30,185 nt of DNA from Allobaculum fili (lineage in GTDB: Bacteria; Bacillota_I; Bacilli_A; Erysipelotrichales; Erysipelotrichaceae), in contig NZ_JAHDSX010000030.1 in NCBI RefSeq assembly GCF_020969955.1, positions 1 to 30,185 of the forward strand. Reading direction: 5' to 3'. How positions within the stretch are numbered: position 1 is the first letter of the stretch; every line of letters begins with the position of its first letter. A program made the position numbers and the translations under genes. The notes under the pieces were generated by a model. The model did not search any database and was not told where the DNA came from. It worked only from the letters and a program-made list of their open reading frames with translations. Below, in pieces: positions 1 through 7,573 of this stretch.

Positions 1-48
1 CGGATCCGAAGTATGAAGAAAACGATGAAGAATAAAAAATACGCCAAG

Positions 49-75
49 CGGGATCTCGAAAGGGATCCCGTTTAG
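49..75. terminator. Weak hairpin between convergent units (possible terminator)
   Basis: CGGGATC (49-55) pairs with GATCCCG (64-70), 8-nt loop. Followed by TTTA on plus and by a delayed T-run on minus, just downstream of the esterase stop at 81. Confidence 0.35.
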
Positions 76-80
76 CGTAT

Positions 81-920
81 CTAATATTCAGTCTCGCGTA
101 TACCCGTCGATTGTTTGACACTTACGCTTTTTGATGTTTCTTTGGAATTCTTAACGACGGAATCCATCGCGTGCGTCAGCCACGCGATGGATTTGGCTAG
201 CCGCTCGTCGGGCTGGTAAAAGTGATTGCCTGGATTTTCTTCGAACGCACAGTTCAGACCAGCCTGTGAAAAGTATTTGGACAAATCGCGGGTGATCGAC
301 TCCGTTGTCTTCAAATACGGATCGGAAGTTCTGGATTCTTTTGTCCCAATAGAAAAGTACAGCGCCTCTAAGGACGAGGGAATCTCCTGATTCTGGATCC
401 ATTCTGTCAGTTCGGGATACCAGAGAGAACCGGATACGCTGGCTGTACAGTCAAAACACGAACTGGAGAGAGCTCCATACAGAGCGAACAGACCGGCCAT
501 GGAATAGCCGATCAGCCCAGTCCAGGGGATTTCATACGTCAAAATCGATTTGGACCAGAGAAGAACGCGGCTTTCAATCCAGTTCAGATAGTCTTCTGCA
601 CGCCCGTTGAAAACAGAATCGGTTCCATGAAGCGTAATGCGTTCAAACCATGGAGAAAGATCGGCGTTCCAGTCAAATCCGGAAATCACCAGCAGGTTGA
701 ACGCTTTGGCCCCTTTTCGATGACAGGCCTTAAAGAAGGCTTCATAAAAGCTTTCCGTCTGCTGCTCGCTGTTCAGAATGAGAAGCGGCAGCGGCCGCTT
801 GCCGTGAACAGCCAGCGTGAGAGTTCGGGAATCCAGGCTCGCAGTATAGAAGCGAACAGCAGGAGCCCCCGACCTGGTCAATCCTTCGGATGGGTTTTGA
901 GAAAGCGTATCGTGACTCAT
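81..920 (-). CDS. Putative esterase, alpha/beta-hydrolase fold (esterase D / putative-esterase family)
   Basis: 279-aa ORF with nucleophile elbow GYSMAG (GxSxG) and a C-terminal NPGNHF His candidate. GAGGAGG RBS 9 nt upstream of the ATG at 920. Confidence 0.75.
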   Translation of the reverse strand: MSHDTLSQNPSEGLTRSGAPAVRFYTASLDSRTLTLAVHGKRPLPLLILNSEQQTESFYEAFFKACHRKGAKAFNLLVISGFDWNADLSPWFERITLHGTDSVFNGRAEDYLNWIESRVLLWSKSILTYEIPWTGLIGYSMAGLFALYGALSSSCFDCTASVSGSLWYPELTEWIQNQEIPSSLEALYFSIGTKESRTSDPYLKTTESITRDLSKYFSQAGLNCAFEENPGNHFYQPDERLAKSIAWLTHAMDSVVKNSKETSKSVSVKQSTGIRETEY

Positions 921-971
921 CGGCCGATTCCTCCTCGTCTTGTTCTGAAAACCGGGGAATGCGGTAATAAA

Positions 972-2213
972 TTACTGGGCCGCTGTTTTGTCCTTGGCCT
1001 GATCTTTTGCGTTTTCCATGACGACAACGGCCAGACCATCCAGAGACGTTTCCTTCAGTTCCATCGGCAGCTTTTTGCCGGTCAGGTTCATCGTTTTAAC
1101 GACCATGTCAAAGGAAACACGGTTTTTCTTCACGTTGCGCAGATACTTGGCGAGTCGAGCCGCATCGACGGCGCGTGTGGACGCGACAGCGTTTCGCTCA
1201 ATGCAGGGGATCATGACGTAGCCCATAACCGGGTCGCAGGTCAGACCCAGATGGTGTTCCAGTCCCATTTCTGCGGCGGATTCGATCTGTTCATTGCTCA
1301 AGCGGAACAGGGAAGCGACAAACGCAGCGCCCATGGCACAGGCGGCACCGACTTCAGCCTGACAGCCGGCTTTCGCTCCGGAAATCGTAGCGTTTTCCTG
1401 AATGAGGTTTCCGATCAGCGCAGCCACTTTCAAACCGTTGAGAATGGATTTTTTCGGCATGCCCAGATCGATGGAATAGTGATAGACCAGGGCAGGAAGG
1501 ACGCCGGCCGATCCCATAGTGGGAGCGGTAACGACGGTTCCGCCCGACGCGTTCTGCTCGGCTGCCGCATACGCGTAGCTCTGTATAAGAAGCGCATCGC
1601 GGTCGGCTTCAGTGTCGCACGTTTTCGCGGATTCGTACAGGGCGTAGGCAACGCGGTCGAGATGAAGCTTGCCGGGAAGGGTACCGGTTTTGGACAGACC
1701 TTCCTTTACGGATTTGATCATCGCCTTGTAAATTTTCTGCATGTAGGCATCGATGTCCTTGCCTTCCACTTCGGTCACGTATTCATCGAGACGCATGTAT
1801 TTCTTCTTGCAGTAGTGCTGAATGTCATCGAGCGTGGTATGGGGGTAAATATCCTTCGCGCTTTCCGGCTGCTTGCCGTCAATCATCAGCTTGCCGCCGC
1901 CAATGGAGACGTACGTTTTTTCCAGAGTGGATCCGTCCGGACGGATTGCCTTGATGACCATGGTATTGGGGTGAGCCTGCGGGGTCTTGATGTCGAAGTG
2001 AATATCGATTTTTTTTCCGCGGAGCGTCTTTTTTAAAATTGCATCCGTCAGGTGCCCTTTTCCTGTCAGGGCAAGAGAACCGTAAAGGGTGATGTCAAAA
2101 GCGGCGGCATCGGGTGCGGATTCAAGAATGTCCCTGGCGGCCCGCATTGGACCGAAGGTGTGCGAGCTGGAAGGGCCGGGGCCGATCTTAAACAGTTCAC
2201 AGATGGTTTGCAT
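972..2213 (-). CDS. sdaA: L-serine ammonia-lyase (Fe-S dependent L-serine dehydratase, single chain)
   Basis: N-terminus ELFKIGPGPSSSHTFGPM is the signature start of Fe-S L-serine dehydratases. Cys contexts AGCQAEVG, GLTCDP and IPCIERN are present. AGAGAGG RBS 7 nt upstream. Confidence 0.9.
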   Translation of the reverse strand: MQTICELFKIGPGPSSSHTFGPMRAARDILESAPDAAAFDITLYGSLALTGKGHLTDAILKKTLRGKKIDIHFDIKTPQAHPNTMVIKAIRPDGSTLEKTYVSIGGGKLMIDGKQPESAKDIYPHTTLDDIQHYCKKKYMRLDEYVTEVEGKDIDAYMQKIYKAMIKSVKEGLSKTGTLPGKLHLDRVAYALYESAKTCDTEADRDALLIQSYAYAAAEQNASGGTVVTAPTMGSAGVLPALVYHYSIDLGMPKKSILNGLKVAALIGNLIQENATISGAKAGCQAEVGAACAMGAAFVASLFRLSNEQIESAAEMGLEHHLGLTCDPVMGYVMIPCIERNAVASTRAVDAARLAKYLRNVKKNRVSFDMVVKTMNLTGKKLPMELKETSLDGLAVVVMENAKDQAKDKTAAQ

Positions 2214-2495
2214 GGTAAAGCCTCTCTTTCAGAGCAAAAAAATAATTCATTCCTATCGTAAGTCCGTTCCAGTTATAAATCTGTCCGGATACTTTAAGAA
2301 GTAAGTCTGCGTCTCTATTGTACAGAATCGGAGAACAGAATCGAAACGATGTTCCTGTCTCCCCGACAGATTGAAGCCTGCAGGAAAAGAATTTTTCGGG
2401 ATGGGAAAGCAGGCGAATCGGCCGAATATTCTTAAGGACAGATCATTCTGGCTTCTTCTGTACAGAGGAAGTGGATCTGTTTTGTCAGAACGCCG

Positions 2496-2530
2496 GAAAA
2501 AATGAAAAGAGAGCCTCGCTAAAAGGCTTT
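2496..2530 (-). terminator. Possible terminator of the SWIM gene
   Basis: On minus: AAGCCT / AGGCTC 6-bp stem (one G-U) with 7-nt loop, followed by TCTTTTCATTTTTT. Lies about 65 nt downstream of the stop at 2594. Confidence 0.3.
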
Positions 2531-2593
2531 CAGGCGGGATGAAATTTCAAAAATGAGCGGTTTGAGTCCTCTGGCACATTGGAATAGTTTGGT

Positions 2594-3310
2594 TTAAATT
2601 CCAAACAGGTCTCCGACATTCTCCGTAAGAATTCGCGATGAGGGACGATCTGCATTTTTCAGCATCTGTTCCAGCCGGTTTTCGATCGCCTTTTCCACGA
2701 GAGACTGCGGATCGATGCCGCGCAGTTCAAACAGCAGCAGAGGCCTTTCTTCCAGGCGCAGAGCGGTTCCATACATTACGGCCGCCACATGCTTGCACAT
2801 GGAAGCGCCGTCCGGGCATGAGCAGTCAAAATGAATTTCGTGCGGACCCGGAAACAGGCCTTCTTTGGACGCGAACAGATCCTGCAGGTCTTTTGGGAAC
2901 TGGCCGTTGACCAGCGCGTCCAGTGAAGAAATTCCAAATTCACAGCGCTCCTGGATTCTGGCTGCCACATTGGGATGCAACGGATCAATGCGTACAACGA
3001 CATTATACGGTTTGCGGGTGGTGCCCTGTACAAGCCCTTCGATCACACCCTTTTGAATCTGAAGGTCCAGAACGAAGCCGTTTTTCACATACCGTCTTCC
3101 TCTTGGCAGGCGGTTGGAAAAAACCGAATAGCGTTCGAGATTGCGGCACCAGGCATCGCCCCACCAGGTGGAGCAGATTTTTCTTCTGGAATCGTCTGCG
3201 ATGACCGGATCGATCAAGGTTCCCTTTTTTCTAGCTTTTTGAATGTAGGCTTCCGCCATCCTCATCTGTTCGTCGACGGAAACGTAACTGCTGTATCCCC
3301 AGTAACTCAT
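2594..3310 (-). CDS. SWIM zinc-finger protein (partner of SNF2 helicase)
   Basis: 238-aa uninterrupted ORF with the CxCx(n)CxH SWIM signature FDCSCPDGASMCKHVAAV. Its ATG forms an ATGA overlap with the ancestral stop of the upstream SNF2 frame. Confidence 0.8.
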   Translation of the reverse strand: MSYWGYSSYVSVDEQMRMAEAYIQKARKKGTLIDPVIADDSRRKICSTWWGDAWCRNLERYSVFSNRLPRGRRYVKNGFVLDLQIQKGVIEGLVQGTTRKPYNVVVRIDPLHPNVAARIQERCEFGISSLDALVNGQFPKDLQDLFASKEGLFPGPHEIHFDCSCPDGASMCKHVAAVMYGTALRLEERPLLLFELRGIDPQSLVEKAIENRLEQMLKNADRPSSRILTENVGDLFGI

Positions 3311-4655
3311 AAGCGTATCCTCATGGCCTCGATCAGATCTTCATCGGAAAGCGTGGCCAGCCAGCTTTCTGCAGACGTACCGACTGCATCATCGGGAGTT
3401 TCTGCTTCGATTCGATCATCTCATGGATCTTTTCTTCAATCGTATTGGAGCAGACAAATTTATGAACGATGACATTTTTCTTCTGGCCAATTCGATAGGC
3501 GCGGTCTGTCGCCTGGTTTTCTACAGCCGGGTTCCACGAGCGGTCAAAGTGAATGACATGGCTGGCCTTCGTCAGATTCAGACCGGTACCGGCAGCCTTT
3601 AAAGACAGTACGACAAATGGAATATACGTTTCCTGCCGGTTAAACGCATCCACAATCTTCTGCCTTTTCTTGATTGGAGTCTGCCCATGAATGATAAATC
3701 CTTTCGCTCCGAAGATCGTTTCCAGAAATTTGGCCAGATGCTCGGTCATTTCCCGGTACTGTGTAAAGATAAGAACGGATTCATGATTCTGGGCAATTGG
3801 TTCACAGAGCTCCGCGAGCATTTTGAATTTGCCCGATTCAGAGGGCACATACGCCGTATCTCCGAGATACTGATCCGGGTGATTGCATACCTGCTTCAGC
3901 TTGCTCAGGGTAGAAAGGACAAGTCCCTTGTGCTCAATGCTGGCATGGCTGTCGATTTCGCCGTTCATAGACTGTGCCTGTTTTTCAGCCAGCTCCGAGA
4001 CGATCTTTTTGTAAAGAACGATCTGAGACTCGCTTAGCTCAATGTAATCGTTCTGTTCGATTTTATCGGGCAGATCGCTGATGATGCGCTTATCGCTTTT
4101 GAGCCGGCGCAGCAAAAAGGGAGAAATGGTTTTCTGCAGCTTTCCAAGATAGTCCGACTCGGATGCCTGCCCCTGTTGAATAAAGTTCGCAAACTCTTTC
4201 TGTGTTCCCAGGACGCCTCGATTGAGGAAATCAAAGATCGACCAGAGGTTGATCAGATCGTTTTCGATCGGCGTACCGGTCATCGCCAGACGCATATGGG
4301 CCTGCAGACCTATGACGGAAGATGTCTGTCTGGTTTTGGGATTCTTGATTGCCTGCGCTTCATCGAGGACTAAGAAATCCCAGTGAATGTCTTTTAAGGC
4401 GTCCAGACGAGAAACTATGCCGTACGTGGTCAGATTCAGAAACGGGAGATCCACTTTGTCAGACGTTTTAAAGGCATCTACGGCTTTTTTGCCATGAAGA
4501 ATTCCCACGCTCAGATCGGGAGTAAACTGCGATGCTTCTTTTCGCCAGTTAGCAATGAGCGAAGCCGGTACCACCAGAAGCGCTTTCTTTTCCGGATCTT
4601 TCTGATGCTCTTTTTCCAGCCATGCCAGGGTCTGTACGGTTTTTCCAAGACCCAT
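3307..4655 (-). pseudogene. SNF2-family helicase remnant: 5' truncated at motif I and frameshifted near the 3' end
   Basis: Motifs MGLGKT, LVLDEAQAIKN, LAMTGTPIEN and SLKAAGTGLNLT...FDRSWNPAVENQATDRAYRIGQ are present. Nothing SNF2-like lies upstream of MGLGKT (IF replaces the conserved acidic pair). A frame slip at about 3393-3396 separates the body from the canonical tail DDAVGTSAESWLATLSDEDLIEAMRIRL*. Confidence 0.65.
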
Positions 4656-4659
4656 AAAG

Positions 4660-4977
4660 ATGGATGCGGTTAAGCAGGAGATCTGGGCTCGTCTGACCTT
4701 GTATAATCTCTGCAGCGCAGGCGTCACCTATTGCGAGATTCATCAACCCGCTCCCAGGAAACAGCCAAAACGGAAAACGGTCCTCAACCGGAAGTTTGCC
4801 TTTGAGCTTCTTAGAAAGTTCTTTAATTACGAGTTCCTGGATGAAGAATATCTGCTCAGGCAGATCTGGAAGCATAAATCGCAGGTCAAAGAAGGCAGGT
4901 ATTTTGATCGGCATGCTCAAAGAAAACCGGACTCAAATCAGCACCAACTAATGTGGATAATTTTCTTATACAACTAA
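4660..4977 (+). mobile_element. 3' fragment of an IS4-family DDE transposase gene (IS remnant)
   Basis: Reads DAVKQEIWARLTLYNL...VLNRKFAFELLRKFF...VKEGRYFDRHAQRKP, resembling the extreme C-terminus of IS4-type transposases (QExW..LLaYNL, then a basic RxxxR..K tail). No DDE core lies upstream, because the fragment abuts the SNF2 remnant. Confidence 0.55.
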
Positions 4978-5065
4978 GATTGTTTTGGAGATACTGAACA
5001 GCAGCTCTTTTTAAGTGCGCCAAATTTTTCAAAAGACAAGATAAACTTATCCAAATAAGATAACG

Positions 5066-5085
5066 TCACCGTGATATCACCGTGA
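5066..5085. repeat. Tandem TCACCGTGA x2 with embedded palindrome GTGATATCAC
   Basis: TCACCGTGA at 5066-5074 and 5077-5085, separated by TA. Lies about 90 nt downstream of the transposase-fragment stop. Confidence 0.5.
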
Positions 5086-5467
5086 GGAAGGTACGACTTC
5101 TGAGACAGGTTAGGTTCAAATCATTGTTTTATCCGGAAAACCGAAGGGCATTGGTAATAATCAGCGAAAACCCGTCGGGAGTAATCTGATAAACAAGTTC
5201 CATTTTTTATCTCCTGTTCTTTCTCTTTGTACAGTCAAATTCATCCGCAGCTTCATAAACACAGAAAGCCGTTCATCTGAACAGCCCATGTATAACCATA
5301 TTCTAGCCAATTCAGCAGCAGAAAAATTCCGAGTTCGACAAACACGCTCTCTGCGAACATGGATTTATCGTGGCAAGTCTGCGGTAACGCTGTCTGTAGA
5401 AAAATAGATAGGCCGGAAAAAGAGTGACATCGGGAAAACGAAAGAGCGGGTTCGTAGGCCAATATGC

Positions 5468-5507
5468 AAAAAAAAATCGCAGTTTCAGACTTTATTCAGT
5501 CAGAAAC
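5468..5507 (-). terminator. Rho-independent terminator of the MFS transporter gene
   Basis: On minus: GTTTCTGACT / AGTCTGAAAC stem (one mismatch), 6-nt loop, then TGCGATTTTTTTTT. Lies 23 nt downstream of the stop at 5530. Confidence 0.6.
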
Positions 5508-5529
5508 AGCGTAAGTGAATGTTTAAAAA

Positions 5530-6801
5530 TCAGTTTGAAGTGTGTGCTCCGTTTTCATCATAGACGGGATCAGGAAGGGTGTTGGCCCTGGCGAAGATCA
5601 GGTAGCCGATCAGAAACAGGAAGGCGAGCGTGCCGACCGCAATGTTCTGCTGACCGGTCAGCTGGGAAATCAGCCCGACAACGAGCGTTCCTAAAAAGCT
5701 CGCGCCTTTGCCGGCAATGTCGTACAGACCAAAGTATTCACCGGTCTGGTTTTTCGGAATGATCCGCGCAAAGTACGAACGGCTGAGTGCCTGAATCCCG
5801 CCCTGGAATACGCCGACGGCGGCGGCGAGAATCCAGAACTGCCAGATGGAATACATGAACAGGGCAAAGATTGAAATGCAGAAGTAGGCGAAGATGCCAA
5901 CTTTGATCAGCTCGCCCGCGGAGTAGCTTTTGGCCAGATAGCCAAAGAGAATGGCAGCTGGAAAAGCGATGACCTGTGTCAGAAGCAGGGCCAGAAGCAG
6001 ACCCGTCTGATCGAGTCCAAGTGAGGTTCCATAGGCGGTCGCCATCTCGATGATGGTATAGACGCCGTCGATATAAAAGAAGAATGCCGCCATGAACAGG
6101 AGAACTTTGCGGTTATGGCCGATTTCCTTAAGGACTTTCCAGAGTCGTCCAAACGTCTGACGTGCCGCATGCCCTTTACGGGGTACGAAATGTTTCTGCT
6201 TATAGCTGAAGGCCAGCGGCAGAGTAAACAGCGCCCACCACACGGCGTTCAGTAAAAATACCAGAAGAATTGCGGTCTGAAAGCCCATGCCCAGATTTTC
6301 GTAGCCGAGCATCAGGCCTAAAGAAACGATGAAAGGAATGCAGCTGCCGATATAGCCCCAGGCATAGCCTTTTGAGGAGACCATATCCATTTTGTCTTCC
6401 GGGCAGACATCGACGAGCATGGAATCGTAGATGACTAACGAAATGCTGTAGAGAATCTTGCAGAAGATAAACAAAGCGAGAAACGCCATCCAGTGACTGG
6501 GAATCCAGAAACAGAACAGCAGCAATGCGCCGGCCAGGGCATTGCCCAGGAAGATTTTTTTCTTGTTTCCGTCAAAGTCGGCGAGCGTTCCCATTAAGGG
6601 GCCGGCAATGGCCACACAGATTGTGGCGATACTTGCCGCGTAGGACCACCAGGAGAGATATTCCGTTTCCGAAAGACCGGCCTGTGTAGCCAGGTGATTA
6701 AAGTAGATGGGCATAATGGACGTTGCAAGCAGGATAAACGCGGAGTTTCCTACATCGTACATAATCCATTTGAGCTCCAGAGTTGACAATTTATTTTTCA
6801 T
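5530..6801 (-). CDS. MFS transporter, UMF1 (Atg22/YxiO-like) family
   Basis: About 12 predicted hydrophobic helices. N-terminus LELKWIMYDVGNSAFILLATSIMPIYF is typical of UMF1-type MFS proteins. The second ATG (6801) sits 6 nt from a GAGGA RBS; the alternative start is 6807. Confidence 0.8.
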   Translation of the reverse strand: MKNKLSTLELKWIMYDVGNSAFILLATSIMPIYFNHLATQAGLSETEYLSWWSYAASIATICVAIAGPLMGTLADFDGNKKKIFLGNALAGALLLFCFWIPSHWMAFLALFIFCKILYSISLVIYDSMLVDVCPEDKMDMVSSKGYAWGYIGSCIPFIVSLGLMLGYENLGMGFQTAILLVFLLNAVWWALFTLPLAFSYKQKHFVPRKGHAARQTFGRLWKVLKEIGHNRKVLLFMAAFFFYIDGVYTIIEMATAYGTSLGLDQTGLLLALLLTQVIAFPAAILFGYLAKSYSAGELIKVGIFAYFCISIFALFMYSIWQFWILAAAVGVFQGGIQALSRSYFARIIPKNQTGEYFGLYDIAGKGASFLGTLVVGLISQLTGQQNIAVGTLAFLFLIGYLIFARANTLPDPVYDENGAHTSN

Positions 6802-6869
6802 ATTCATTCCTCAGGCACAGTTTAGCATTCTCGCCGAAAAATCACAGTATTAGCTTTTCCTATAGGATA

Positions 6870-6888
6870 TTGTTGACATTGTAAACAA
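6870..6888. promoter_or_regulatory. 19-bp near-perfect palindrome TTGTTGACATTGTAAACAA (candidate operator)
   Basis: 8 of 9 arm positions pair. Located 70-90 nt upstream of the MFS transporter start. Confidence 0.3.
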
Positions 6889-7139
6889 ATTGGATTTTTG
6901 TACAGTTCGATTTTTGCTGGATGTAGTTCATGAAAATGAAAGCAGATACGCACGCAGCGCCGATTAGCTAGAAACGGATCGAAGCTGCAAACCAGGCTGT
7001 CAGAACTGGGAAAAACAGGGGGCAGAAAAACTGGAATTCTCTGCCCATCCGTCCAGCCAGCTGCTGTGTGGACAACTGAGAAACCCGACTTTGTAAGGTA
7101 CAAATCCGGCTTTCTCTTTTCGGTCGAAGAGAGGGGGAG

Positions 7140-7169
7140 TTGACGAGCTCGCAAAGTCTTTGATAAATT
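7140..7169 (+). promoter_or_regulatory. Candidate sigma-A promoter of the leuS leader
   Basis: TTGACG (7140-7145), 18-nt spacer, TAAATT (7164-7169), immediately upstream of the T-box stem I. Confidence 0.4.
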
Positions 7170-7179
7170 ACCACTAACG

Positions 7180-7425
7180 CCATAATTCAGAAGCAGTAGA
7201 AAATAAAGAAAGCTCGCAGAGAGCCGGCGGTTGGTGAAAGCCCGGCAGTTTCTTCTTTCGAACTCGTCTGGATTGCGTAATGCAGACCTGCTATATGGGC
7301 ATTAAGTGCACAGATCTTTATTCCTTTTCTTTAAATGGGAATTCAATCAACAGACGATCTGTGAAGCAAGGTGGTACCGCGTAGTTTACGTCCTTACAGT
7401 TTAGGTAAGGGCGTTTTTCTTTTAC
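7180..7425 (+). promoter_or_regulatory. T-box leader, Leu specifier (CUC)
   Basis: Stem I elements AGAGAGCCGGCGGTTGGTGAAAGCCGG. Candidate specifier GAA-CUC-G at 7263-7265. T-box sequence AAGGTGGTACCGCG at 7368-7381. Terminator ACGTCCTTAC/GTAAGGGCGT plus TTTTCTTTT at 7388-7424. Confidence 0.8.
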
Positions 7426-7573
7426 GGAAGGACTTTTTCCGAAGGCACCTGCCGCAAGGGTATTGACTCGCTGTACACGCGTCCTGCAGTTTCTCTGCAC
7501 ATGGAAAAGACCCAGCCGATTGGAACCGTCTAAAGGCGCCGTTTCGATCGAAAAGAAAGGAAAGGAAATCAGT

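Noticed and set aside
1-35. Eleven-codon open frame ending TAA at 33-35 (…DPKYEENDEE*), possibly the 3' end of an upstream plus-strand gene.
   Set aside because: It is far too short to support a call. It is noted only because a weak hairpin follows at 49-70.
627-2036. 469-aa plus-strand ORF, with similar long ORFs at 7394-8701 (-), 10639-13452 (+), 14050-14814 (+), 20365-21366 (+), 23200-23796 (-), 26498-27298 (-), 27392-28438 (-) and 28544-29314 (-).
   Set aside because: Every one I checked is codon-aligned antisense to a well-supported gene (sdaA, leuS, the two hydrolases). They have Arg/Gly/Val/Phe-rich, low-complexity translations and no RBS. They are explained by sense-strand avoidance of TTA/CTA/TCA codons.
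4656-4727. ATG at 4727 as the start of a 464-aa SNF2 protein.
   Set aside because: The 24 codons upstream of MGLGKT (MTPALQRLYKVRRAQISCLTASIF) are the reverse-strand reading of the IS4-type transposase tail and lack the SNF2 Q-motif. The ORF start is therefore fortuitous.
4549-4920. 123-aa minus-strand ORF spanning the SNF2/IS junction.
   Set aside because: It is out of frame with the SNF2 motifs and antisense to the transposase-tail frame. It is a chimeric chance ORF across a deletion junction, with no recognisable motifs.
5105-5125. GGTTCAAATC string resembling a tRNA T-loop.
   Set aside because: The flanking bases cannot form a T-stem or acceptor stem, and there is no cloverleaf. It is not a tRNA or a recognisable tRNA fragment.
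7463-7573. N-terminal extensions of leuS (from 7463), tyrS (from 16494), the LDH-family gene (from 18357), aroK (from 21357), aroD (TTG at 23017) and GH89 (TTG at 25511).
   Set aside because: In each case a downstream ATG has a properly spaced purine-rich RBS and matches the conserved protein N-terminus. The leuS and tyrS extensions would also run through leader or terminator sequence.
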